In this document: positions 25,300-37,520 of the stretch, in pieces
Layout of the letters: the number at the start of each line of letters is the position of its first letter
Position numbering within the stretch: the stretch's first letter is position 1
Assembly (NCBI GenBank): GCA_002104905.1
Contig: MCFE01000546.1
Location: forward strand, 1 to 59,955
Length of the DNA: 59,955 nucleotides
Origin: Basidiobolus meristosporus CBS 931.73
Taxonomy: Eukaryota > Fungi > Basidiobolomycota
Direction of reading: 5' to 3'
Notes under the pieces: model-generated
The model's database searches: none
Told to the model about the DNA's origin: nothing
The model's input: only the letters and a program-made list of their open reading frames with translations
Made by a program: the position numbers and the translations under genes

Positions 25300-26034
25300 A
25301 GACTTGTTCCGTTGGATAGTGCCACATTGAGCCATGAGTGCCAAATGATGCCATAGTGTGCCAGAGAGGCCAAGTGAGCCTCTACCTGGCCACAGAGTGT
25401 GAAACATAGCTCTGCATCTTCATGCAAAGCAGCCCCTGTGTTTCACTCATTGTGTTGGAGAAAATCCATTTTTTGACCTTTTTTTTTTGGATCAATGTTG
25501 TGCAGGATGTGTTAGAGCAAAAGCAGATTGAAGATATGCATCTGGTACTCAATACCGATGGCACTCTGAATCTAGCTCCTGTAGCTTGTATCATGTCACA
25601 AAAATGAATGGCACTATCTTGGTCCACTGGTTCTATCTGGCACTATATTTAAATATTAGCCCTAAAGTAAGATCTATACAAAGCACTTATAGTGCCAGAT
25701 AGTACCAGTGGACCAAGATAGTGCCATTCATTTTTGTGACATGATACAAGCTACAGGAGCTGGATTCAGAGTGCCATGGGTATTGTGTACCAGATGCATA
25801 TCTTCTGTTCTCCTGTGCTCTTTCACATCCTGAGCTACATTGGTCCACAAAAAAAGGTCAAAAAATGGATTTTCTCCTGCGCAATGGGTGAAACACAGGG
25901 GCTGCTTTACATGAAGATGCAGAGCTATGTTTCACACTCTGTGGCCAAGTATAGGCTCACTTGACCTCTCTGGCACACTATGGCATCATTTGGCACTCAT
26001 GGCTCAATGTGGCACTATCCAACGGAACAAGTCT
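25300..26034. mobile_element. Foldback/hairpin non-autonomous element (F) of the P family
   Basis: Inverted arms 25300-25647 and 25688-26034 around a 40-bp spacer. Termini AGACTTGTTCCGTTG match the P TIR. Flanked by ATT/AAT. Confidence 0.93.
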
Positions 26035-26035
26035 A

Positions 26036-29000
26036 ATGTACTTGAATGGAGTAATCAATGGAGTACCTGCCAAGATCATGATTGACTCAGGAGCATCGCA
26101 TGAGTACATGTTGGAGCAATTTGCTTTGAAAGCTGGAATCAACTTGGAACCTACCAAATCAACTTCAGTTTCCACAGCTGATGGGAACTCCCACATAATC
26201 AACTGTAATACCCAGCCAGTAAGAATGAAGATCAATGACTATGAAGAAGACCTACAGGCTTATATATTTGGGAACTGCAAGTTTGACCTTGTACTTGGAA
26301 AAACCTGGCTATTTTGTTGTAATCCATCAATCAACTGGAGAACCCATGCTACTCAGATCCAAAAAGACAACAAGACCTATGAACTATTACCTGCCATGCT
26401 GGATTTCAACTTGGTCAATTCCAGTGTGTGTGAGACAAGTGAACTTAGCAAGACCCAGTTCTGTAGAGCACTTAGAAAAGGTACCGAGATGTTCCTCATG
26501 GCGGTATTACAGGAGGATTCCTCTACCCCAGCACCCCAGCAGGTCCAGACTCTCTTGAAGAAATATTCAGATGTGTTCCCAGATGAGCTTGTAAGCCTAC
26601 CACCAGTCAGAGACATGGATCATGCCATTGACACAGGAGATAGCCCTCCAGTGAGCAAGACACCTTACAGAATGAGTCCATTGGAATTGGAGGAAATGAA
26701 GAGACAAATTGATCAGCTATTGGAGCAAGGATACATCAGGCCTAGCAAGTCACCCCGGGGAGCACCAGTGCTTTTTGTGAAAAAGAAGGATGGAACACTT
26801 GGGATGTGCATTGACTACAGAGCCCTGAACTCAGTTACCGTCAAGAATAAGTACCCCATACCTTGGATTGATGAGCTTTTAGACCAACTTAATGGAGCCA
26901 CTATTTTCAGCAAGATTGACCTCATGTCAGGATACAACCAGATTAGGGTGAAGACAGAAGACATCCCCAAGACAGCATTCAGGACCAGATATGGACATTA
27001 CGAGTACTTAGTCATGAGTTTTGGCCTCACCAATGCCCCTGCAACATTCATGACGCTGATGCAGACTGTCTTTCAGGAGTACTTAGACAAGTTTGTGATA
27101 ATCTACCTGGATGACATATTGATATACAGCAAGACAGAAGAGGATCACATAGTGCACATTGAAAAGGTCTTGAAGAAACTAAGAGAGAACAAGCTATATG
27201 GCAAGCTAGCCAAGTGTGAATTCTTCAAGGAGCACGTTGAATATCTGGGACACATAGTGACTAGCACAGGAGTAACCTTAGACCCCAAGAAGGTGGAAGT
27301 AATCAAGAATTTGAAGCAGCCCCATAGCATATCAGAACTCAGATCCTTCCTTGGAATGGTTTCCTATTATCGGAGATTTGTCAAGTCATTTGCAAGTATT
27401 GCAGCCCCTTTAACTGATATCCTCAAGAAAGACAATACCTACAAGTGGGACATAGCTTGTGAGACTGCCTTCCAGACCCTAAAGAATGAACTTGCTAAGT
27501 TGCCAAGCTTAAGAATACCAGACTTCAGAAAAGAGTTCACTCTGTGCGCAGATGCTTCAGATTATGCAATTGGTGGAGTGCTGAGCCAAGAACACAAGGG
27601 AAAGGACTACCCTTTTGCCTTTGAATCCAAGAAACTGAACTCAGCAGAACAAAACTATCCAGTCCATGAGAAGGAGATGCTTGCTATAATACACTGTTTG
27701 AAGACATGGAGATGCTATATTGAAGGAGTCAAATGCACTGTGAAGACTGATCATGCCTCCCTCAAGTATATATTTACTCAAAAGGTACTCTCTAGAAGAA
27801 TGACAAGATGGAGTGAATACATTCAGCAATTTGACCTGGAGATTGTCTACTGTCCTGGAAAAAACAACACGGTTGCTGATGCCTTATCAAGATTAGATCA
27901 AGTTGCTCAACTCAACTTGGTGCATGAATCAGATTGGCCTAGCCTATTACCAAAGTACTTGGAGGACCAAGCCATTCCTAATGAGGTGGATGAAGATATC
28001 AAGAAGATAATCCGTGATGAAGCCAGCAAATTTGTTGTACAGAATGAAACACTCTACCAAATTGTTGATGGAAGCCCTATTGCCTATTGTCCTTATGTTG
28101 CTCGCCTGGATTTAATACATAAGCTACACAATGGATATGGACATCTTGGGATTGAAGGAACCTATAGCCTTGTAAAAGCCAGAGCATGGTGGCCCAGAAT
28201 GAAACAAGATATTGAGAAGCTAGTGAAAACATGCCCAAACTGCCAAATCAATCAAGGCCAGCCACAAAGAATTGCTGAACTCTTCCCTTTGGAGCCTTTA
28301 AGACCATTTGAGAGATGGGGAATTGACTTTATTGGAAGACTGCCAACTACCAGAAAATGCAACCGTTGGATCATAGTAGCAATTGACCATGCCACTAAAT
28401 GGCCAGTTGCTAAAGCTGTATCAATAGCCAGTGAACAAGAAGTTGCAAGTTTCATTTACCATGAGATCCTGATGAAGTTTGGATGCCCTGTGGAGATCTT
28501 ATCCGATAGAGGTGCAAACTTTATGGCAAAGACATTAGAGGCTTACCTGGAAATGCAGCAGATCAGACACTTGAAAACCTCGGCATATCACCCCAGAACT
28601 AATGGAGTCACTGAGCGGTTTAATGGATTATTTGGAAAAATGCTGACCAAGTATGCAAATGGAGGTGTCAGTAGATGGGATGAGTTCATAGACCAAGCAC
28701 TCTTTGCATGCAGAGTCAGAGTACACAACACCACCCAGCAATCACCATTTTACTTGGTTTATGGATGTGAACCAAGGATTCCAGGAGATCTCACACAACC
28801 AAAACTTACAGACACCTTATAAGATGAACTCAGTCAGCCAAGTAGACACCAGCAACTGGAACAAAGACGTCAAGAGGCACAGACCAAAGTATCTCAAAGC
28901 GCAGAAAAGATGAAGCAGAGATTTGATAAGACTATAGCACCAGAAGCATTGACAGTTGGGAACTTTGTATTGCTAAGAAACAACACTCGGAAGAAGTTTG

Positions 29001-29200
29001 AGCCACAATGGACAGGACCATTCAAGATCATCAGAGAATGTCCATTTGCAACTTACCAACTGGTGGACAAACAAGGTAATATCCGGGAAGACTTAGTGCA
29101 TAGGGACAGACTCAAGCGTGCAAGACTTGCTGATAATACTGAACCATCAAGATATTGGTATCACAAGAAAAGAGATTCAGGAGAACCCTCTCAACTTTAG
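26036..29200 (+). CDS. pol: Gypsy Pol (PR-RT-RNaseH-IN); one premature TAA at 28820-28822 after the integrase core
   Basis: [65 protein letters not shown]. The C-terminal GPF tail (28910-29200) is in the same frame. Confidence 0.95.
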
Positions 29201-29210
29201 TAGGGGAGAA

Positions 29211-29578
29211 TGTTATGATCTGCCGCTTGAATGTTTAAGTTAGATCAGTTTTTAGTCAAAGCAATTAGTATATGTTTAGATTATCAGTATATCAGTATTA
29301 TCTATGAAATCAGTAGCATTAGTCAGCAAATGAATCAGCATATCCTTATCAGACAGAAATAGATATATTAAATAGGATCTTATTGGGTGATGATGATGCA
29401 AGCAAATGAGCCATCAGCCACAACCTACATTAGGAAATACAATTAGTCAGCAATTGATCTGGCAAAATGTATATAAGGAGCTGCTAGAACCTCAATAAAA
29501 ATCAGTTCAAGTTTTAGTGAATACAATACTAGCTAAACTCCCTATTCCTCTACAACTCTTATACCAAGACTTGTAACA
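29211..29578 (+). repeat. 3' LTR of family G
   Basis: Direct repeat of 23903-24270, preceded by the PPT. Confidence 0.95.
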
Positions 29579-30049
29579 CTTGGAGAAGTGCTGCAACCTC
29601 TTGGTGTTCCAATTAATGCTCCAAAACTCCACTGAAGGTATTGTGATAGTCTTTTCAGCTCTTGATGTGGTAGCCTTGTCTGTCAGTGTGAGCTGTTGTG
29701 TTGTGTTATGATTAGTTTGGGGCATATTCTATAATGGTAGAGGCTAATTGACAATATAAATAACTTCCAGTATGCTAATACTAAAATAGCTTATTGGGAG
29801 TTTGATATACCAATAGAAGATGTAACTTTCATTAATATTCTCAATCTTATGCTTAAAATATACTATAGACAGTGATTCTCACTTCTGCAGCAGTGTTCTG
29901 ACCTTCTGTTGACTATTAAGCTTATTTACTTTTGAAGCAACTTTTCTTTGTTTGGAAGTCACTTTCCTTTCTGAGAAAATATATCTAGAATGGAAGTTCT
30001 GTGCTCCCCTTTAACCTTAAGAGGTATGTTGTAGAAGTCTCTCAAGGGG

Positions 30050-30245
30050 TCTCTCAACATAAAGGGGTGTCTAAAGGTATGTCTTTAGAGTAAAGGGGCT
30101 TCTTGTAGTGGTCTCTAAAGTGGACTTTACGCTGAAGGGGTGCCCAAAGGGGCTTCTTTAGAGTAAGGGGTTTCTTGAAAGGGCCTTTAAAGGGTTCTTT
30201 AGACTAAAGGGGTGTCTTTAGAGTAAAAGGTTTTTCGGAGGGGAC
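30050..30245. repeat. Degenerate short tandem repeat (AAAGGGG..TCTTTAGAGT units)
   Basis: Several imperfect copies of CTTTAGAGTAAAGGGG / AAAGGGG..TC; the minus strand reads as K/P/L-rich repeats. Confidence 0.6.
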
Positions 30246-30914
30246 TTTTCTGATAGAAAAGCGGTTGTTTTCTTGTAGAACTTAGACTGCATTCTTGTGA
30301 GCTTTGCAGTCTCTTTATTGTTGTGGTACCAATCAAAGTCAGAATACTCAAAAGTGAAAGTAATGCAGGGGAAGTCTTATAAGCTTTAAAACTGTAATTG
30401 TAGTGTGGAGATTCTGGAAAGAGAGGCCCCCTTATTGCTCAGCTGGGGAAGTCATAAATTGAGATTTCTGAAGGATCAAAGCTTTTGGGCAGTTGCACTA
30501 GCAAGACACATGATACAAAGCTAAAATCTTGCAGTGGCACAGAATGGACATAGGTGCAGCACCTGTGGAAATCTCACATGACATTATTGTCTGGTTCAAA
30601 ATTTGCATGCAATCAAAGTCACCAGAGTAATCCTAGCAATAGTAGCATAGTATACAATAATTGGACTCTTTTGGTCATAACTCCTTAAGCACTGCTTCAA
30701 ATGAGCTGAAATTTGAAACATGTGTTAGCTACTGCGTGTTCTTTATGACATAATTTTTTGAGTGGATTGCTTGTCAGGGTCTGGAGTTTTTGTCCTTTAA
30801 AGTTAGAATTTCTTGATCTTTCACTTGTGTGTTACAATAGCAAAAAAAGCGGCGTAAAGAAATGAGTGCAATATTGGTTTTGAGATATTGTAGTAATGAG
30901 ATACATTCCATTAC

Positions 30915-31620
30915 CACAGATCTTCACTCTGTCAACAATGAAGGACGTGGAGGCTGTGGCAGACAAATGACCTTTTTCAGCAAACTCATCTACCTTTCTG
31001 GAGTGTAGTTCAACTGACTGGAATCCATTTCCTGTTTGAATCCTGGATAATGCTCATGGAACTAGTCAAGTGCATTATGCTTGGCCTTGAGTTCCTGATG
31101 GTCCCAAGGTATGCTGGCCATAAGGTGATGACTTGCTAGACTTCTGATGACCTCTTGTGTATTAGCCCACTCTGCATTATTGCACTCAACAGCTTCAGAG
31201 ATCTTCAATGTTTTTTTGATTTTTAGACTTTGGTATAAACACCATATTATTGCCCTCCCACATGATGATAGGTTTTTCCGTGGGCTTTATCATTGATCAC
31301 TGTAGCTTTGCTTCAAAGACTGTACAGTGTTCCTCTGCTATTACACTGGGAAATGGCTCAATTCTTAGCTGTGACATTGAGCTACTTGAGTCCCTTCTTT
31401 GCAGCAAAGATACTGCTTTCTCTACCTGAGATATTAATTGCTCTACGCATATTATCCACTCATCCTGTTGCTGGACTATTTCCTGATTTCTCTGGGCTAT
31501 TGCATCTATCCTATCAGCCACTGCACCTAATTGCTTCATTAATGCTTTGGTATGGGCTGACAGCATACCTGCTAATATGGGTGGTGGTGATGTTGTCATG
31601 GCTGTGTATGTGAACATTGC
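30915..31620 (-). pseudogene. Family X copy 4, 5' part (coiled-coil and FHEHYPG block)
   Basis: ORF 31297-31617 matches 11700-11860; the FHEHYPG block lies near 31030-31060. Confidence 0.7.
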
Positions 31621-31629
31621 TGAAATTGA

Positions 31630-33420
31630 AAAGACTTACTAGAAGATATGATGTAATAGGCTAGGATACATTAGGGAACTGAAAATGGGCCAATTGGTGA
31701 AAAATCAACTTGTTTGCAAATTTAACTACTACATTGGCATCAAGTTAAATATCTTTAAGGGTTGCAAATATGCAAAAAAGCTAGACAGTATTCAAGGAGC
31801 TCAGGAGGTATAAATACCACCATAATATTGGCTATAGTACACTCAGTCTTATGGGGTCCATGAGAACCTGGTTTTTTTAGGGCCAAGAGATTCTTTATGG
31901 CTTTTGTTGATGAAATGATACAATTTCCATTTGTGTACTTCCTCAGGTTAAAGAATGGGGCTTTAGAGACCTTTAAGAACTTGAGGTACGTAGCAGAAAC
32001 ACAAACTGGATATATGCTGAAGGTACTTGAAAGTGGCAACTAATAAGATTACTGTCCTGGGAGGCTTACAAAGTACAACTCAAATACTGGCATACTTTGA
32101 GAAACCACTGTTGACATACTTCACAGCAAATTGGGTAGCAGAACACATACATGGGCCTGCATTAGAGATGGGAAATGTATGTAATATGAAAGCAAATGGA
32201 CCACAAGGTTTGGGCTGAATCTGTGAAAGCCAACAGGATGTAAATGGGTTTACAAAATCATTATCAACTCAAATGGTACCATTTGTAAATACAGAGCTTG
32301 ATTGGAGGCTAAAGGCTTTTCCCAGATCCAGGGACCAGACTTTGAGGAATGTGCTTACTCTGATAGCCAAACTGAAGTTGACTAGGACAGTCCTAGCAAT
32401 GACAGCTATGCACTGTCTATAACTGTACTATACAGCCATCAAAACAGTCATTCTAGCTGGGGATCTGCAGAAACTACACATATAGAGCTATCAGAAGGTT
32501 TTGTCAACCCAAATACCCCTATAATGTGGGCAGAATTAAAACTGTTATTAGGGCTTATACACTCACCATGAGGATGGTATAGCAAGATTGCCACATATAC
32601 AGTGGTGATAGGGTTCCCTTGCAGTACTGTCAAGTATACTTTATGTGTGAAACAGCTTAAAAAGGGAATGAAGATTTTTTGTACATATAGAGTAAGCAGA
32701 CAGTATCAGGAATTGAAGTCATATTTGACATTGATACATAGAAAATTGATACTACTGTAGCAGTAAGAGTAGTCTGTCAAGACACACAGAATTATGAACC
32801 TGATCAAATCATAGCAATGAAACAGATTTTTAGATATCCACAAGGTACCATAAGCATGGTACTGGAATACTCTGAAGCAATTAATTGGCTAGAACGTGAT
32901 GATTATTGTGATTCAGATTGGTGAAGGGATCATAACAAAAGATGCTCCAGGGCTGGGTAGGCATTACTTTATGCCAGTGCAGTTACAACTAGTGATTACA
33001 AGCAACAGCTAACAGTGGCCCTCTATAAAATGGAGGCACAGTATATGACTCCCTGTCAAGCAGCTAAGGAGGCTCTACAGTTACAGAAACTATGCCAGGA
33101 CTTGGATTTCATTTGAGATCAGCCAGCATGTATTTACCAGAAAAAAGAAAGCTGTATTTAATTTGTAAGTGATCCTGCTGATAATGCCAGAAATAAACAC
33201 ATATATTTACAGCACCACTTTGTGAGCAAAGCTGCTGAAAAACACTTAGTAGAGCTAGTTTACTGCCAAACTGACAGAATGGTGTTTGTATATTGATCAA
33301 ACCATTAGCCAGGCCACAGTTTCAGATTCTCAGAGATCAATTGGGATTAAGAAGTTATGTAGCTCCAGGAGAGAGCTGAAATATTAGACTATTTGATCTC
33401 ATTCAGCATCAAATCTTACG
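31630..33420 (+). pseudogene. Highly decayed Copia family-B pol remnant
   Basis: Recognisable RLG-IG, IN, KARL.AK, RT and RNase H fragments ending in a degraded PPT and LTR start. Confidence 0.75.
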
Positions 33421-33488
33421 GTTTTAACGCAGAAACCTGATGGTGGTCTAACTGATACCAGGTCTAAATAACCATCCAACCTGGATAG

Positions 33489-33857
33489 TGTTGCAATTTA
33501 AGACGTGATTTGGATATAAGGAACTTATCAAGAAATAGTGATAATAGTTGAACTGTTGTTTATTCATAAAGAAGCTCAGTATTTATACCTTTGTAGAAGT
33601 AATACAGCTGTAACACCAAGTAGGGAGGGTTTCACAATATTCAGGAGCATTCTGTAACAGTTTCAGGGTTGGTACTTAATCTTTGGTAATAGTGCTAATT
33701 TGATCCTGACTATAGGGGAATAGTCATAAGATCATATATCTGAAGAAAGTGGCAAAGTTGAGGCAGTTAATTAGTCCTTCAGTGACTAAAACTAGTCTAG
33801 AATTGTTAAGTAAATTTTTGGCTGCTGAATGATACCTAATAGTCCAATATTTCAACA
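33489..33857 (-). mobile_element. Solo LTR of Copia family B
   Basis: 369-bp match to 37218-37586; intact 5-bp TSD GATAG (33484-33488, 33858-33862). Confidence 0.93.
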
Positions 33858-33949
33858 GATAGCTACATATACCTGTTATTTGTTAACTGTTTATGTTACA
33901 GAGCAGGATACCAGTTAGTAACTTTCATGGCAAAGTGTTTTCATATCTG

Positions 33950-34545
33950 ATGCTCAGATGGTCAAGTTAGATCAGTTTTTAGTCAAATTATTTATTGTTT
34001 TGTTTGGCCTATGAGTATATCACTATGATCCATCAAGATAGTAGTATTTGCTAGCAGATAAGTCAGCAGATTTTTATTACACAGATATAGATATAAAATG
34101 TAAGATTTAATTGGGTTCTGATGATATGGCTATATGAGTCATCAGCCACAGCCTGAATTTTTAACTCCAATTAGTTAGCAATTGATCTGACAAACTGTCT
34201 ATAATGAACTGCTGTCACATTTATGAAGATTTTTTCAAATTTTAATGATTACAGTACTTGTTAAACTCCTCATTCCTCTGTAACTCTTATATTAAGATTG
34301 TAACATTGAGAGCAGCCATAACCAGAAACCTCCCTGCTGGAGAAAGAAGCAGCCCCCCTCAGGATATCAAAATATCTGGAATGGTAGAGTGCTATGCCGT
34401 AAGTCATGGTCCAACAGCAATAGGAACTCTTGATGCGCAGCTAGCAGTAACCAGAAATAGCTACCATGACCCAGAACCTGCAAAGCCCTGTCAAGAGCAA
34501 CTTCAGTGTGATGGACAACAAGTTTTGATGTGTAGAGGTACCTAT
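33950..34545 (+). mobile_element. Decayed family-G LTR, PBS and gag start
   Basis: Similar to 23920-24490. Confidence 0.75.
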
Positions 34546-35029
34546 GGCAGAAGTTGTTGAAATATTGGACTAATTAGTATTGTTCAGCAGCCAAATATTT
34601 ACTTGACAATTCTAAACAAGTCTTAGTCACTGTGGGACAAACCTACTGCCCTAACTTAAACACTGTCTTTGGATCTACAATCCTATTATTATTCCTCTTT
34701 AGGCAAAAGCAAATTAGTAGTTTTACCAATTATTTTGTATCCTAAAAAAGTCAAGAAAATGCCCGCAAAAATACCATCATAATATCAGGTGATTTCCAAG
34801 TTTCTCACAATTGACAACCTTCAATATCTCTGTTGTTAGCTGATGGGCAGGCAAGCAAACATATTCCCCAGGCGAAGACCAGGCCAACTAGCATCCATAC
34901 AAACTTTAATAATTAGCTGCTCATTACTCCCATCAAAAATTGTACTTGATATTTTGAACTAAAAACACCAGCTGAATCCTTGCAAAATATCATTAGAATA
35001 CCAGCAGAATATCAGCCAAAACTCAGAGT

Positions 35030-37217
35030 TTGATGTTTGAGATTTATTATTGTGGTACTAACCCTGTAATTGTTATAAAATGCTCCTGGGTGCTGAGAAG
35101 CCCTCCTTATTCAGTGTTACAGCTGTACTACTTCTACAAAGGTATAAATACTAAGGTACTTTATGAATAAACAACTGTTCAGCTAGCACTACTATTTCCC
35201 AATAAGCTCCTTATATCCAATTGACTTGTTATATTGCAACCGGTTACCAACCCCAAATGCATAGATTTATACTAAAAATGACTTCTACCATCAAACAGAA
35301 CAATACATGTATCTTCCCTGTAAAGGAGAGTTCTGATAGGAAGAACAGCAGACTTTTCAGAATCAAGATGCAATCCACCTTTAGAAAAGAGAGCTTTGCA
35401 ATATACTAGCAGGAAAAGAAGTTGAGCCTAAAGGAACAGCATAAGAAATGGAGGAGATTCAAGAGAAGGAGAGAAAGGTCTTTAATGGCACAAGAATCAA
35501 TGTACAGGGTTCCTTCATTGGAGAATATATGCTTCTAATACTGCTAAAGCAGGATGAGAATCCCTGGAGAGGATCTTTAGAGCAAAGTCAGTATTAAGCA
35601 AGCTTTCTTTAAAACAACAAATATAATGGGGAGAACTTGAGGTTGGGTAAAGAGAAATAAGAAAATGTGGTAAAAACTAGGAAAAGTGGTGTGTCAAAAA
35701 TATGGTAAAAACTATTAAAACCTAACTATCTGAAAACAATCAAAATGTGCGGTATAAGGGGGAGAACTTGAGGGGGTAAATTCCCAATAGCATAGTTAAA
35801 TTCCCAAAAGCATAGGCCAACTTGGCCTCCCTGGCACACTATGGCATTATTTGGTGCTCATTGCTCAATGTGGCACTATCCAGCAGTACAAGTCTAATGC
35901 TTTATTCAGCTTAGAGAGGCACCCAGGAAAGTGAGGTTAGCAACAAAACAAAAAAAAACCTGGTTGCTGTAACTACTGTAAGAAGCCTGAACACTGGGCC
36001 AGCAAATGCAAGAAGAAGCAAGCAGACAAAAAACAGAAACTAGAGCAAGCAGACCAGATAACTACAGATGAACAGTTATTTGTAACTGTACAAGAGAGTG
36101 CAAGCAACTGAAGTAATGAATGGTATATTAACTGGAGCATCAAAGCATATTCCAATATAACAGAGTGGCTCAGAAACTTAAAGACTATCCCTGTAAGAAA
36201 GGTTTATCTGGGAGACAACTCCTCACTGGAAGCAACCATCAGTGGGTCTGTACAGCTAAATATGGGTAATATTTCAGTGGCAATAACAGCAAAACTGACT
36301 GATGCACTACATTTGCCTATAATAGCCAAGAACCTACTCTCAGTCAGTGAGGTAACTACTCTGGGACTGAAACTTGTGTTTACATTGCTGAGTTGCTCCA
36401 CATTAGGTGAAAAAGACAAAAAGTAGCTTTGGGGATCAGAGATCACATCATATACAAGTTATAACTCAAGATCATTGTAACTGAGTAGGTCAACATTGCT
36501 AAAGCGGATGAAACTAACTGGATGACATGGCATAGGAGGCAAGGACTCAATGGGGAACCAAAATGAGACAATTGGTGAAAACAACTTGTTTTGGGCCTGA
36601 ATTACTCAACTTGGATCCAATTGAATGTCTGTAAGGGTTGCTATATGGCAAACAAGCTAGGCAGTGTTTTAGGAGCTCAGAAGGCATCAACACAACTAAA
36701 ATATTGGCTACTGTGCACTTGACATATCTGGGCCCAAGAGTGTCATTAGGAGCCCAGAGATACTTTATGACTTTTATTGGTGACAATACAAGATATGGAT
36801 GGGTGTACTTTTTCAAGACAAAGGGGTAGGCATTGGAGATGTTTAAGAACTTCAAGAATATAGTAGAAACACAAACCAGGTGTAAATCAAGGAATTGTTT
36901 GGTGACAATGGGGGGAAATATTGCTCAAGGAAATTTGCTAAATACAGCTAATCTACTGGCGTACTTCAACAGACTACTGTTCTACACACTACACAGCAAA
37001 ATGGAATACCAGCACATGCAAATAGAGCAGTAGTAGAGATGGGAAGATCTATGCTACATGATAAGGGTGAGGACCACAGGTTAGGGGCTGAATCTGCTTC
37101 TACTGCACTGTACATCAGGAATAGATGCCCAACAACAGCACTACATGTCTCTACACTCTTTGAACATATTCAGGCAAACAGCACCTGCTTATGTGCCAAA
37201 CCTCAGAATCTGGAACA
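35030..37217 (+). pseudogene. Old Copia family-B copy, left part (LTR end, gag, PR, IN remnants); right part at 41401-41965
   Basis: Reads ..LCAKPQNLE|QAIQSP.. across the GAACA TSD of the younger B insertion. Confidence 0.8.
35813..35895. repeat. Isolated terminal fragment of foldback element F
   Basis: CTGGCACACTATGGCAT...GTGGCACTATCC...CAAGTCT followed by AAT; matches 25955-26037. Confidence 0.85.
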
Positions 37218-37520
37218 TGTTGCAATTTAAGAAGTAATTTGGATATAAGGAACTTATCAAGAAATAGTGATAATAGTTGAACTGTTGTTTATTCATAAAG
37301 AAGCTCAGTATTTATACCTTTGTAGAAGTAATACAGCTGCAACACTAAGTAAGGAGGGTTTCTCAATATTCAGGAGCATTCTGTAACAGTTTCAGGGTTA
37401 GTACATAATGTTTGGTAATAGTGCTAATTTGATCCTGACTATAGGGGAATAATCATAAGATCATATATCTGGAGAAAGTGGCAAAGTAAAGCCACTAAAT
37501 GAGTCCTACAGTGACTAAGA

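Larger units (their letters stand above)
23903..29578 (+). mobile_element. Ty3/Gypsy LTR retrotransposon, family G (full-length, inactivated)
   Basis: 368-bp LTRs (23903-24270, 29211-29578; about 8 differences). 4-bp TSD CTTG. PBS TGGTAGCAG (tRNA-iMet 3' end). PPT AGTAGGGGAGAA. Gag-PR-RT-RH-IN order. Confidence 0.96.

Noticed and set aside
25300-26034. CRISPR array or structural RNA gene
   Set aside because: One long inverted repeat with transposon TIRs; no repeat-spacer periodicity and eukaryotic context
25961-26035. N-terminal 25 aa of the 953-aa ORF in the track
   Set aside because: Derived from the foldback element arm with a non-ATG start; not part of the ancestral Pol
26235-28455. Short alternative-frame and antisense ORFs overlapping pol genes (also in 38632-40996 and 53535-59932)
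   Set aside because: Shadow ORFs of the retroelement coding frames, with no independent motifs
28910-29200. Chromodomain at the end of the G integrase
   Set aside because: Only a GPF/SH3-like tail is visible, with no chromodomain aromatic-cage pattern
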